Assembly (NCBI GenBank): GCA_030390025.1 | Contig: CM059432.1 | Coordinates: forward strand, 2,294,001-2,358,000 | Direction: 5' to 3' | Length of the DNA: 64,000 nt | Source of the DNA: Squalus acanthias | Taxonomy: Eukaryota | Part shown: positions 1-13,201 of the stretch, piece after piece | Numbering within the stretch: the stretch's first letter is position 1 | Layout: every line of letters starts with the position of its first letter | The notes under the pieces: generated by a model | Seen by the model: only the letters and a program-made list of their open reading frames with translations | Database searches by the model: none | What the model was told of the DNA's origin: nothing | Program-made: the position numbers and the translations under genes

Positions 1-98
1 AGTTGTAATATTTAGAAAGTTGTAATATTTTGAAAAGCTTTAATATTTAGAAAGTTGTAATATTTAGAAAGTGGTAATATTTTGAAAAGTTGTAATAT

Positions 99-370
99 CC
101 CTGAGCCCAGCACTTCACTTGAGTGCCGGACTCTTTTGCCGGCACTCCGATCCCTGGTGGCCCAGCAGGGCCCCGGGTCGCGCTGCGCTAGGCCCCTCCC
201 CTTTAAGAAGGGGAGGAAGGCCTGCAGTACTACGGCGCAACGTGCCGCAACGGGTGGCGCTGTGACATTCACTCGCAGCGCCCCAAGAGGGAGGCGGGGC
301 GCTTCCAGTAGCACCCCGCTTCCCTCTTGGGGCACTACCAATGAATTTCGGCCGCAGGGGTGCCAATTTT
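99..370. mobile_element. Internal fragment of GC-rich Harbinger MITE
   Basis: Similar to the interior of the MITEs at 29052 and 57399 (CCCCTTTAAGAAGGGGAGGAAGGCCTGCA); no TIRs left. Confidence 0.8.
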
Positions 371-577
371 TGAAAAAGTTGTAATATTTTGAAAAGTTGT
401 AATATTTAGAAAGTTGTCATATTTTGAAAAGTTTAATATTTAGAAAGTTGTAATATTTTGAAAGTTGTAATATTTTGAAACGTTTTAATAAGAACATAAG
501 AAATAGGAGCAGGATTAGGCCATTCGGCCCTTCGAGCCTGCTCCGCCATTCAATGAGATCATGGCTGATCTTCTACC

Positions 578-3500
578 TCAACTCCATTCACAGGCCCTAT
601 CGCCATATCCCTTGATGCCTTTACTAGTCAGAAATCTATCGACTTCTGTTTTGAATATACCCAATGACTGAGCTTCCACAGCCCTCTGGGGTAGAGAATT
701 CCAAAGATTCACCACCCTCTGTGTGAAGAAATTTCTTCTCATCTCAGTCCTGAATGGCCTACCCTTTATCTTGAGGCTGTGGCCCCTGGTTCTAGACTCC
801 CCAGCCAAGGGAAACATTCTCCCAGCATCCATCCTATCAAGCCCTGTAATAATTTTGTATGCTTCAATGAGATCCCCTCTCATTCTTCTGAATTCAAGAG
901 AATACAGGCCTAGTTTACTCAATCTCTTCTCATACGACAGTCCCGCCATCCCAGGAATCAATCTCGTGAACCTTCGTTGCACTCCCTCTATGGCAAGTAT
1001 ATCCTTCCTTAGGTAAGGAGACCAAAATTGTACACAGTACTCCAGGTGTGGTCTCACCAAGGCCCTATATAATTGGAGTAAGACTTCTTTACTCCTGTAC
1101 TCCAATCCTCTTGTAATGAAGGCCAGCAGACCATTTGCCTTCCTGATGGCTTGCTGCACCTACACATTCAGTTTCAGTGACTCATGTACAATGACACCCA
1201 GGACCCTTTGAGCATCTGCATGCCCCAATCTTTCACCATTTAGGAAATACTCTGCCTTTCTGTTTTTTCTACCAAAGTGGATAACTTCACATTTATCCAC
1301 ATTATATTCCATCTGCCATGTTCTCGCCCACTCACTGAGCCTGTCGAGATCCCCTTGAAGCCTCTTCACATCCTCTTCGCAACTGATACTGCCACCTAGC
1401 TTTGTATCATCAGCAAATTTGGAAATGTTACATTTAGTCCCCTCATCCAAATCATTGATATAGATTGTGAATAGCTGGGGCCCAAGCACCGATCCTTGCG
1501 GTACCCCACTAGTCACAGCCTGCCATCCTGAAAAAGACCCGTTTATCCCTATTCTTTGTTTTCTGTCTGTTAACCAATTCTCAATCCATGCTAGTATATT
1601 ACCCCCAATTCCATGTGCCCTAATTTTGTTCACCAACCTCTTGTGTGGGACCTTATCGAAGGCCTTCTGAAAATCCAGATACACCACATCTACCGGTTCC
1701 CCTTTGTCTACTCCACCAGTTACATCCTCAAAGAACTCCAATAGGTTTGTCAAACAGGATTTCCCTTTCATAAATCCATGTTGACTCTGCCCAATCTTAC
1801 TATTAGTTTCTAAGTGACCAGTTATTGCATCCTTTATAATAGATTCCAGCATTTTCCCAACTGCTGATGTGAGGCTAACAGGTCTGTAGTTCCCCGTTTT
1901 CTCTCTCCCTCCTTTCTTAAATAGCAGGGTTACATTTGCTATCCTCCAATCTGCAGGAACCGTTCCAGAATCTATAGAATTTTGGAAGATGACAACCAAT
2001 GCGTCCACTATTCCAATGGCCACCTCTTTCAAAACTCTAGGATGTAGGTCATCCGGTCCTTGGGATTTATCGACTTTTAGTCCCATTAATTTTGCTAGTA
2101 CTGTTTGTTTACTAATAATAATTTCTTTAAGTTCCTCATTCTCACCACACCCTTGGTTTTCTCGTATTTCTGGGAGGTTTTTTGTGTCTTCCTCCGTGAA
2201 GACAGAAACAAAGTATTTATTTAATTTCTCTGCCATTTCCTCATTGCCCATTATAAATTCTCCCGTCTCTGACTGTAAAGGACCTACATTTACCTTCACC
2301 CGTCTTTTCCTTTTCACATATCTATAGAAACTTTTACAATCCGTTTTTATATTTTTCGCTAGATTGTGCTCATATTCCATTTTCCCTTTCTTTATCAATT
2401 TCTTGGTCCCCCTTTGCTGATTTCTAAAAAGATCCCAATCCTCAGGCTGACTGCTTTTTCTGGCAACTTTATAAGCTTCCTCCTTTGACTTAATACTAGC
2501 TTTAATTTCTTTAGTTAGTTTCCTTTTGGATTTTTATGCCCTAGAGGAATATATGTTTGATGCAAATTATGCATTATTTCCTTGAATGTTAGCCATTGTA
2601 TGTCCACCTTCATACCTTTTAGTGTAGTCTCCCAATCTACCATGGCCAACTTGTCCCTCATACCCTTGTAGTTTCCTCTGTTTAGATTGAAGACCTTAGT
2701 TTCAGATTGGACTACATCACTCTCAAAGTTAATGTAAAATTCAATCATATTATGGTCACTTGTCCCTAAAAGCCCCTTTACCACAAGATTATTGATTAGC
2801 CCTTTCTCATTACACAGTACCAGATCCAGAATAGCCTGTTCCCTGGTTGGTTCCTGCACATACTGATCCATGAAACCATCTCGCATGCATTCCAAGAATT
2901 CGTCCTCCACACCATTAGTGGTAATTTGATTTGCCCAGTCAATATGTAGATTAAAGTCCCCCATGATTACCGTATTGCCCTTGTTACATGCACTTCTAAT
3001 CTCTTGATTGATACTGTGCCCTACATTACCACTACTGTTTGGTGGCCTATACACAACTCCCACCAATGTTTTCCGCCCTTTGCTGTTTCTTAGCTCCACC
3101 CAAACTGATTCCAGTTCTACAGCACAATCTTCCAGTAGTGCCCCGCTTCCCTCATGGGGCGCAACCACTCAATTTCCGGCGCGGGGGCGCTAATTTTTAT
3201 GGGGCGCTAAAAGTAGCGCCCCGGCGAAGTTAGCGCCCCAAAGGGGGCGCGACTCAATTTTTCCCCCTTTATCTCTACCGTACCAATCTCATCCCTTATT
3301 AACAGCGCCACGCCACCTCCTTTTCCTTTTTATCTGTCCTTCCTAAATGTTGAGTACCCTGGAACATTCAGTTCCCAGCTTTGGTTACCCTGCAACCATG
3401 TCTCTATAATGGCAATTACATCACACCCATTTACTTCTATTAGTGCCATTAATTCATCCACCTTGTTGCGAATGCTACATGCATTTAGATAAAGTGCCTT

Positions 3501-3635
3501 CAACTTTGCCTGTTTAATATTGTTCTGCACTTTGACCCTCTTTCCTGTTGGCCTTTCTTTCTGCCCCCTACTAGTTTTGCTGACTACTTTTCTAACTTGC
3601 ACTTCCAGCTTTGTTTCTCTCTGTTCTGGGCCCAC
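578..3635 (-). pseudogene. CR1 ORF2 (APE endonuclease + reverse transcriptase), disrupted
   Basis: Motifs VYRPP, GDFN, SDH, PQGSVLGP, FADD and RPHLEYCVQFWSP. Broken by stops or frameshifts and a MITE fragment at 3130-3267. Confidence 0.9.
3130..3267. mobile_element. One-ended Harbinger MITE fragment nested in CR1 ORF2
   Basis: Ends in TIR ...GACTCAATTTTTCCCCC matching the MITE ends at 17405 and 29052; the other end is missing. Confidence 0.8.
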
Positions 3636-3661
3636 ACTTAGGTTCCCAGCCCCCTAACAAA

Positions 3662-4611
3662 CTAGTTTAAATCCTTCCCAACAGCACTAGCAAACCCCCC
3701 TGCGAGGATGTTGGTCCCGTTTCTGCCGAGGTGTAACCCGTCCAGCTTGTACAGGTCCCACCTTCTCCAGAATTGGTCCCAGTGCCTCAGGAATTTAAAT
3801 CCCTCGCTCCTACACCATCTCTCCAGCCACGCATTCATCTGGTCTATTCTCCTATTTCTGCTCTTGCTATCACGTGGCACTGGGAGTAATCCTGAGATTA
3901 CTATCTTTGAGGTCCTGCTTTTTAATTTATTTCCTAGCTCCCTATATTCTGCTTGCAGGACCTCATCCCTCTTTCTACCTATGTCGTTGGTACCGATATG
4001 GACCACGAACTTTGGCTGTTCACCCTCCCCCTTCAGAATGTCCTGCAGCCGCTCAGTGACATCCTTGACCCTGGCACCAGGGAGGCAACATACCATCCTG
4101 GAGTCACGTCTGTGGCCACAGAAACGTCTATCTGTTCCCCTTACGATAGAATCCCCTATCACTATTGTTCTCCCACTCTTTTTCCTCCCCTCCTGTGCAG
4201 CTGAGCCACTCATAGGGCCACGGACTTGGCTCTTGCTGCATTCCCCTGAGAAACCATCTCCCCCAGCAGTATCCAAAACGGAAAATCTGTTGGAGAGGGA
4301 GATGGACCCGAGGACTCCTGCACTACCTTCCTAGTTCTATTACTCTGTCTGGCGGTCACCCATTCCCTGTCTGCCTGTGCACTCTTTACCTGCGGTGTGC
4401 CCACCTCGTTAAACGTGCTATCCATGAAGATCTCAGCCTCGCGGATGCTCCACAGTGACTCCAGCCGCAGCTCCAGCTCCGAAACGCGGATTTCGAGTAG
4501 CTGCAGCTGGAGACACTTCCTTCACACATGTTTGCCCTGGCTACCGAAAGTGTCCCTGACTTCCCACATAGCACAGGAGGAGCACTCCATGCTGCCGAGC
4601 TGCCCTGCCAT
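3662..4611 (-). pseudogene. CR1 ORF1 (Zn-finger N-terminus + SGNH esterase-like domain), frameshifted
   Basis: ATG at 4611 reads MAGQLGSMECSSCAMWEV; VIGDSIVR, HIGTND and DGLHL motifs; frame change near 4300. Confidence 0.85.
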
Positions 4612-5080
4612 GTCCTACCCTTAATTTACTCCCTTTACTTCCTTTAAATTAAAGAATATTAAATACACAAGGGACCTTACTTCACTTTAAACACTACTTT
4701 AGAAAGTTGTAATATTTAGAACATTGTTATATTTTGAAAAGTTGTAATACTTTGAAAAGTTGTAACATTTAGAAAGTTGTAATATTTTCAAAAGTTGTAA
4801 TATTTAGAAAGTTGTAATATTTTGAAAAGTTGTAATATTTTGAAAAGTTGTAATATTTAGAAAGTTGTAATATTTTGAAAAGATGTAATATTTAGAAAGT
4901 TGTAATATTTTGAAAAGTTGTAATATTTAGAAAGTTGTAATATTTTGAAAAGTTGTAATACTTAGAAAGTTGTAATATTTAGAAAGTTGTAATATTTAGA
5001 AAGTTGTAATACTTTGAAAAGTTGTAATATTTAGAAAGTTGTAATATTTAGAAAGTTGTAATATTTTGAAAGTTGTAATA

Positions 5081-5512
5081 TAATGGGGCGCAAAGCAACT
5101 AGCACCCAGGCACGGTGCTGCCAATGCCTCCCGTGAAATTCAACGGAAGGTTAGCGGCGGCGGTAACAGTTAGTGCCCCACGGGGCTGTGCCACCAGCGA
5201 TGATCTTCGGTAGCACCCCCTGACTTACCGGCCTCCTTGAAGCCCCCCCTGCAGCACTTCTCTTGAGTGCTCGGCTCTTTCGCCGGCACTCCGATCCCTG
5301 GTGGCCCAGCAGGGCCCCGGGTCGCGCTGCGCTAGGCCCCTCCCCTTTAAGAAGGGGAGGAAGGCCTGCAGTACCGCGGCGCGACGTGCCGCAACGCGTG
5401 GCGCTGCGGCACATACCGCCGCAATATTCACTCGCAGTGCCCCAAGAGGTAGGCGGGGCACTTCCAGTAGGGGCACTACCGATGAATTTTGGCCGCGGGG
5501 GTGCTACTTTTT
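5081..5512. mobile_element. Truncated Harbinger MITE
   Basis: Matches the MITE interior and subterminal TAATGGGGCG; both TIRs lost. Confidence 0.8.
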
Positions 5513-6062
5513 TGGAAAAGTTGTAATACTTTGAAAAGTTGTAATAGTTAGAAAGTTGTAATATTTAGAAAGTTGTAATATTTTGAAAGTGGTAATATTT
5601 TGAAAGTGGTAATATTTTGAAAGTTGTAATATTTAGAAAAGTTGTAATATTTATAAATTTGTAATATTTAGAAAGTTGTAATATTTTGAAAGTTGTAATA
5701 TTTAGAAAAGTTGTAATATTTATAAGTTGTAATATTTTGAAAAGTTGTAATATTAAAAAGTTGTAATATTTAGAAAGTTGTAATATTTTAAAAAGTTGTA
5801 ATATTTAGAAAGTTGTAATATTTTGAAAAGTTGTAATATTTAGAAAGTTGTAATATTTAGAATGTTGTAATACTTTGAAAAGTTTTAATATTTAGAAAGT
5901 TGTAATATTTAGAAAAGTTGTATTATTTAGAAAGTTGTAATATTTTGAAAAGTTTTGATATTTAGAAAATTGTAATATTTTGAAAAGTTGTTATATTTAG
6001 AAAGTAGTAATATTTTGAAAAGTTGTAATATTTAGAAAGTTGTAATATTCTGAAAAGCTATA

Positions 6063-6940
6063 GGGGGAAAAATTCAGTTGGCTTGCGCCTCCCGTTAGCG
6101 CCTTAAGAGGGCGCTAATGGGGCGCAAAGCAACTAGTGCCCGTGTGCGGAGATGTTTGCGCCGCTCACGAAATTAACGAGACATTTTGCGGCGGCGCTAA
6201 ACACTACCACCACGATCTCCTGCGCCGGCAGATTGTGACGTTAGTCAAGTGCGCAATGCCCCGGTAGCGCCCCGGACCGGCTATTGAGTGGCGCCCCCAG
6301 CCTTATCACCTGCCGCTAGCAACGACAGGTTGAGGGGAGCGTTTTGCAGTCAGGAAGGGACTGGGGGAGTGCTATTTAAAGGCGACCGCTTCCTGCCTTT
6401 TTTTGTTGGTGACATTTTTGCACCACACATTCTGAGAGAGAGAGAGAGAGACTTCTGGAGAGATTCAATGCTGTGTGAAGGAGTTTTGGGTACTGAGCAG
6501 CACTTTGCAGGTTCATTTTGATTTGCCCTTCATTGTATCGATTTAGAAGAGACTGAGCTCTTTCCCTGGTTCTCTCTATTGTTCTTTCCAGCAGATTTGA
6601 TGCACAGGTCTCTCCAGGCCGAGATTCAAGGCTGCAATGAGCAGGATGTGGATGGAGAGCAAGATCAACCCTCCCCTTTAAGAACTGGCCGGCGCCATTG
6701 AGTCTGTGTTCAATTGCTGACTGACATCACATGAGCTTCGCCAGCGCTCTGAGGTAGCGCCTCGCTCCTCGGCCTTTGCGCCTTAAGACAGGTGTGAAGC
6801 ACCTGATTTAGCGCTCCAATCACCTCCAGGGGTGATAAAAGCCAAGTTTGCAGTCGGAGGCGATAATTAGCGCCAGGCGCTAATCTTTGCGCCCGGCCGA
6901 TAATTGCGCCCCAAATGGGGCGAAACTGAATTTTTCCCCC
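6063..6940 (+). mobile_element. Non-autonomous Harbinger internal-deletion derivative (~0.88 kb)
   Basis: TIR GGGGGAAAAATTCAGTT ... AACTGAATTTTTCCCCC; flanks ATA/TTA; both ends homologous to the autonomous elements. Confidence 0.9.
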
Positions 6941-7277
6941 TTAATATTTAGAAAGTGGTAATATTTAGAAAGTTGTAATAATTTGAATAGTTGTAATATT
7001 TAGAACGTTGTAATATTTAAGAAAGTTGTAATATTTTGAAAAATTGTAATATTTAGAAAGTTGTAATATTTAAGAAAGTTGTAATATTTTGAAAAATTGT
7101 AATATTTAGAAAGTTGTAATATTTAAGAAAGTTGTAATATTTTGAAAAATTGTAATATTTAGAAAGTTGTAATATTTAAGAAAGTTGTAATATTTTGAAA
7201 AATTGTAATATTTAGAAAGTTGTAATATTTAGGAAAGTTGTAATATTTTGAAAGTAGTAATATTTTGAAAAGTTGTA

Positions 7278-7540
7278 GGCCTAAAAATTCAGTTGCTTTG
7301 CACCTCCCGTTAGTGCTAATGGGGTGAAAAGCAACGAGCACCCAGGCACGGTGCCGCCAACGCCTCCCGCGAAATTCAACGGAGGTTAGCGGCGGCGGTA
7401 ACTGCTAGCGCCCCACGGCGCTGTGCCACCGGCGATGATTCACTCGCAGCACCTCAAGAGTGAGCCGGGGCACTTCCAGTAGCACCCCACTTCCCTCTTG
7501 GGGCACTACCAATGAATTTCGGCCGCAGGGGTGCAAATGT
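7278..7540. mobile_element. Harbinger MITE with degenerate left TIR, internally deleted and right-truncated
   Basis: GGCCTAAAAATTCAGTTG follows AAAGTTGTA; interior matches the 5081 fragment. Confidence 0.75.
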
Positions 7541-7678
7541 TTTGAAAGTTGCAATATTTTGAAAAATTGTAATATTTTGAAAAGTTGTAATATTTAGAAG
7601 GTTGTAATATTTAGAAAATTGTAATATATTGAAAAGTTGTAATAGTTAGAAAGTTGTAATATTTTGAAAATAGTATTA

Positions 7679-8103
7679 CAGGAAACTTTCGTTTATCCGG
7701 CACCCAAATATCCGGAATTCTCGCTTAACCGGCAAAAATCATCCTCCGAAAACTCCTCTCAAATAACCGGCAATGTTGCCGAGTCGCAGTCGAGTCTTCG
7801 CGAACGCCGAGTGCTCCGAAAAATCCTCTCAAATAACCGGCAATGTTGCCGATCCCGAGTCCGAGTCAGAGTCCGAGAACGCCGATTTAGTCAGTAGGGG
7901 TACTTTTCAAAAGTGCCACTACTCGGCCTCCTGGCGCTGTCGCAAGTCCGAAACATTGCAGTAGCAGGAGTAGATTCTCCTGTGCTGCTTGGAGTCTCTT
8001 TGTTAAAAATAGCCTCGGTAGATATAACTCTCTGTTATCCGGTACTTTCGATAAACCGGCACCACGCCGGTCCCGTCGATGCCGGATAAACGAAAGTTTC
8101 CTG
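7679..8103. mobile_element. Tc1/mariner (pogo/Tigger-like) MITE, 425 bp
   Basis: Perfect 24-bp TIR CAGGAAACTTTCGTTTATCCGGCA, TA on both sides, subterminal TATCCGG/AACCGG repeats. Confidence 0.9.
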
Positions 8104-8941
8104 TATTTAGAAAATTGTAATATTTTGAAAAGTTGTAATAGTTAGCAAGTTTTAATATTTTGAAAAGTTGTAATATATTTAAAGTGGTAAGATTTAGAAA
8201 GTTGTAATATTTTGAAAAGTTGTAATATTTAGAAAGTTGTAATATTTAGAAAGTTGTAATAATTTGAAAGTTGAAATTTTGAAAGTGGTAAAATTTAGAA
8301 AAGTAGTAATTTTTAGAGAATTGTAATATTTGGAAAGTTTTAAATTGTGAAAAGTTGAAATTTTTAGAAAGTTGTAATATTTAGAAAGTCATATTTTGAA
8401 AAGTTGTAATTTTTAGAAAGTTGTAATATTTAGAAAGTTGTAATATTTAGCAAGTTGCAATATTTTGAAAAGTTGTAATATTTTGAAAATGTCATATTTT
8501 GAAAGTTGCAATATTTTGAAAGTGGTAATATTTAGAAATGTTGTAATATTTAGAAAGTTGTGATATTTTAAGAATGTCATATTTTGAAAAGTTGTAATAT
8601 TTTGAAAGTTGTAATATTTAAAAAGATTTAATATTTAGAAAGTTGTAATATTTTGCAAGTTGTAATATTTTGAAAAGTTGTAATATTTTGAAAGTTGTAA
8701 TATTTAAAAAGATTTAATATTTAGAAAGTTGTAATATTTTGCAAGTGGTAATATTTTGAAAAGTTGTAATATTTTGAAAGTTGTAATATTTAGAAATTCG
8801 TAATGTTTTGAAAAGTTGTAATATTTTGAAAGTTGTAATATTTAGAAATTTGTAATGTTTTGAAAAGTTGTAATATTTTGAAAGTTGTAATATTTAGAAA
8901 TTTGTAATATTTTGAAAAGTTTTAATATTTTGAAAGTAGTA

Positions 8942-9834
8942 GGGGGAGAAATTCAGTATCGACCCATTTGGAGCGCAATTATCGGCCGGGCGCAAAGATT
9001 AGCGCCTGGCGCTAATTATCACCACCGACTGCAAACTTGACTTTTATCGCCCCTGGAGGTGATTGGAGCGCTAAATCAGGCGCTTCACACCTGTCTCAAG
9101 GCGCAAAGGCCGAGGAGCGAGGCGCTACCTCAGAGCGCTGGCGAAGCTCATGTTATGTCAGTCAGTAATGGAACACACACACAATGGCACGGGCCAGTTC
9201 TTAAAGGGGATGGTTAATCTTGCTTTCCATCCACATCCTGCTCATTGCAGCCTTGAATCTCGGCCTGGAGAGACCTGCACATCAAATCTGCTGGAAAGAA
9301 CAATGGAGAGTACCAGGCAAAGAGCTCAGAGTGCAGCCCCCACAGTCTCTTCTAAATCGATACAAGGAATGGCAAATCAAAATGAACCTGCAAAGTGCTG
9401 CTCAGTACCCAAACCTCCTTCACACAATGTTGAATCTCTCCAGAAGTCTCTCTCTTTCTCTCTCAGAATGCGTAGTTCAAAAATGGCACCAACAATAAAC
9501 GGCAGGAAGCGGTCAACTTTAAATAGCGCTCCCCCTTTCCCTTCATGACTGGAGAACGCTCCCCTCAACCTGTCGTTGCTAGCGTCAGGCGGTAAGGCAG
9601 GGGGCGCCACTCAATATCCGCTCCGGGGCGATACCGGGGCGTGGTGCACTCGACTGACGTCACGATCTGCCGGCGCAGGAGATCGTGGCGGTAGTGTTTA
9701 GCGCCACTGCAAAATGTCTAGTTAATTTTGCGAGCGGCGCAAACTTCGCCGCGCCTGGGCGCTAGATGCTTTGCGCCCCATTAGCGCCCTCTTAAGGCGC
9801 TAACGGGAGGCGCAACCAACTGAATTTTTCCCCC
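8942..9834 (-). mobile_element. Non-autonomous Harbinger derivative (~0.89 kb)
   Basis: TIRs GGGGGAGAAATTCAG / CTGAATTTTTCCCCC; TSD GTA; retains the first codons of the Myb gene (MESTRQRAQ). Confidence 0.92.
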
Positions 9835-10603
9835 GTAATATTTAGAAAGTGGTAATATTTTGAAAAGTGGTAACATTTAGAAAGTTGTAATATTTTGCAA
9901 GTGGCAATATTTTGAAAAGTTGCAATATTTAGAAAGTTGTAATATTTTGAAAGTTGCAATATTTTGAAAATTTGTAATATTTAGCAAGTTGCAATATTTT
10001 GAAAAGTTGTAATATTTTGAAAGTTGTAATATTTTGAAAGTTGGAATATTTTGGAAATGTGTAATATTTAGCAAGTTGCAATATTTTGAAAAGTTGTAAT
10101 ATTTTGAAAGTTGTAATATTTAGAAATTTGTAATATTTTGACAGTTGCAATATTTTGAACATTTGTAATATTTAGCAAGTTGCAATATTTTGAAAAGTTT
10201 TAATATTTTGAAAGTAGTAATATTTAGAAAGTGGTAATATTTTGAAAAGTGGTAACATTTAGAAAGTTGTAATATTTTGCAAGTGGCAATATTTTGAAAA
10301 GTTGCAATATTTAGAAAGTTGTAATATTTAGCAAGTTGCAATATTTTGAAAAGTTGTAATATTTTGAAAATGTCATATTTTGGAAGTTGTAATATTTTGA
10401 AAGTGGTAATATTTAGAAATGTTGTAATATTTAGAAAGTTGTAATATTTAGAAAGTTGTAATTTTTAGAAATCGGTAATATATTGAAAAGTTGTAATATT
10501 TTGAAAGTAGTAATATTTTGAAAAGTTGTAATATTTTGAAAGTGGTAATATATTGAAAAGTTGTAACATTTAGAAATGTTGTAATATTTTGAAAAGTTGT
10601 AAT

Positions 10604-11692
10604 AAAAACACAGCATCAGTTTCCACATGTACGCTGATGACACCCAGCTCTACCTCACTACTTCTTCTCTCGACCCCTCCACGGTGTCTAAGTTGTCAGA
10701 CTGCTTGTCCGACATACAGTTCTGGATGAGCAAAAATTTTCTCCAATTAAATATTGGGAAAACCGAAGCCATTTTTTTGGTCCCCGCCACAAACTCTGTT
10801 CCCTAGCCACATAGAAACATAAAAACATAGAAGATAGGAGCAGGAGTAGGCCATTCGGCCCCTTGAGCCTGCTCCGCCATTCAATGCGATCATGGCTGAT
10901 CATCCAAATTCAGTACCCTGTCCCTGCTTTCTCCCCATATCCCTTGGTCCCTTTAGCCTTAAGAAATATATCTAACTCCTTCTTGAATATATTTAATGAA
11001 TTGGCCTCAACTGCCTTCTGTGGTAGAGAATTCCACAGGTTCACCACTCTCTGTGTGAAGAAGTTCCTCCTCATCTCAGTCCTAAATGGCTTACCCCTTA
11101 TCCTTAGACTGTGACCTCTGGTTCTGGACTCCCCCACCATCGGGAACATCCTTCCTGCATCCACTGACTCCATCCCTCTCCCTAACATCTGTCTGAGGCT
11201 GAACCACACTGTTCGCAACCAAGTCCCATTCGCCCATCTCCCCTGTGCTCGCTGACCTACATTGGCTCCCGGTTAAGCAGCGCCTCGATTTCAAAATTCT
11301 CATCCTTGTTTTCAAATCCCTCCATGACCTCGCCCCTTCCTATCTCTGTAACCTCCTCCAGCCCCACAACCCCCCGAGATATCTGCGCTCCTCTAATTCT
11401 GCCCTCTTGAGCATCCCTGATTATAATCGCTCCACCATTGGTGGCCGTGCCTTCTGTTGCCTGGGCCCTAAGCTCTGGAATTCCCTGCCGAAACCTGTCC
11501 ACCTCGCTACCTCTCTTTCCTCCTTTAAGACGCTCCTTAAAACCTACCTCTTTGACCAGGCTTTTGATCACCTGCCATAATTTATCCTTATGTGGATCGG
11601 TGTCAAATTTTTTGTCTTAAAATACTCCTGTGCAGCACCTTGGGACGTTTTACTACGTTAAAGGCGCTATATAAATACAAGTTGTTGTTGTT
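10604..11692 (+). mobile_element. 5'-truncated L2-clade LINE with nested CR1 and an internal deletion
   Basis: YADDTQLY and LHWLPVKQRLDFKIL motifs; tail AAAGGCGCTATATAAATACAA(GTT)n; ~250 bp missing at 11220 relative to the 17889 copy. Confidence 0.88.
10811..11160 (-). mobile_element. CR1 3' fragment nested in L2
   Basis: (ATAGAAAC) tail, RRNFFTQRVVNLWNSLP; CCAC on both sides. Confidence 0.9.
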
Positions 11693-12861
11693 ATTTAGAA
11701 AGTTGTAATATTTAGAAAGTTGTAATATTTTGAAAGTAGTAATATTTTGAAAGTGCTAATATTTTGAAAATGGTAATATTTAGAAAGTTGAAATACTTTG
11801 AAAAGCTGTAATATTTAGAATGTTGTAATATTTAGAATGTTGTAATATTTTGAAAAGTTGTAATATTTAGAAAGTTGAAATATTTTGAAAAGCTGTAATA
11901 TTTAGAATGTTGTAATATTTAGAATGTTGTAATATTTTGAAAAGTTGTAATATTTAGAAAGTTGTAATATTTTGAAAAGTTGTAATATTTTGAAAGTGCT
12001 AATATTTTGAAAGTGGTAATATTTAGAAAGTTGTAATATTTTGAAAAGTTGTAATATTTTGCAAGTGGTAATATTTTGAAAGTTGTAATATTTAGAAAGT
12101 TGTAATATTTAGAAAAATTGTAATATTTAGAAAGTTGTAATATTTAGAAAGTTGTAATATTTTGAAAGTTGTAATATTTAGAACTTTGTAATATTTTGAA
12201 AAGTTTTAACATTTAGAAAGTGGTAAGATTTAGAAAGTTGTAATACTTTGAAAAGTTTTAATATTTAGAAAGTTGTAATATTTTCAAAGTTGTAATATTT
12301 AGAATGTTGTAATATTTAGAATGTTGTAATATTTTGAAAAGTTGTAATATTTAGAAAGTTGTAATATTTTGAACAGTGGTAAGATTTAGAAAGTTGTAAT
12401 ATTTTGAAAAGTTGTAATATTTTGAAAGTTGTAACATTTAGAAAGTGGTAAGATTTAGAAAGTTGTAATACTTTGAAAAGTTTTAATATTTAGAAAGTTG
12501 TAATATTTTCAAGTGGTAATATTTTGAAAAGTTGTAATATTTGGAAAGTTGTAATATTTTGAAAGTGGTAAGATGTCGAAAGTTGATATATTTTGAAAAG
12601 TAATAGTTTGAAAAGTTTTAATATTTAGAAAGTTGTAATATTTTGCAAAGTGCTAACATTTAGAAAGGGGTAATATCTTGAAAGTTGTAGGGGTAAAAAT
12701 TCAGTTGGTTGCGCCTCCCATTAGCGCCTTAAATGGGCGCTAATGGGGCGTTAAGGCGCTAACGCCCGGGCGCAGCGCTGTTTGCGCCGCTCGAGAACTT
12801 AACTTGAGATTGTGCGGCGGCGCTAAAACTTACCGCTGCGACCACCTGCGCGCGCAGATTG

Positions 12862-13006
12862 TGACGTCAGTCCGTGGTGCAACGCCCTTGGGGCGCCCCG
12901 GAGCGGAAATTGAGTGGCGCCCCCTGCCTTACCGCCTGGCGCTTCCAACGACCGGAAGACTGGAACGTTATCAATCGGTCTGGGGCTGGGGGGGGCGCTA
13001 TTTAAA
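12862..13006 (+). promoter_or_regulatory. Putative transposase promoter (CRE TGACGTCA + TATTTAAA)
   Basis: TGACGTCA at 12862-12869 and TATTTAAA at 12999-13006; both motifs recur in the divergent relatives. Confidence 0.4.
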
Positions 13007-13201
13007 GGGGGCCTCTTCCTGTCTTTTTCTGTGGTCGACATTTATGCACCACTCGTTCTGAGAGAGAGAGAGAGATTCGGAGAGAGAGAGAGAGAGACTT
13101 CTACATTGACTCAACGCTTTGTGAGGTAGTTTTGCCTAGTTCATCCTAACTTTGCTGCTACTTTCGTTGCTGTACCTCATTACTTTTCTGGCAAAGAGAA
13201 G

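Larger units (their letters stand above)
489..4698 (-). mobile_element. Near full-length CR1 LINE (decayed)
   Basis: (TAAGAACA)n-type tail at ~489-500, 3' stem-loop region, then RT, APE endonuclease and ORF1 in CR1 order. Confidence 0.93.
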
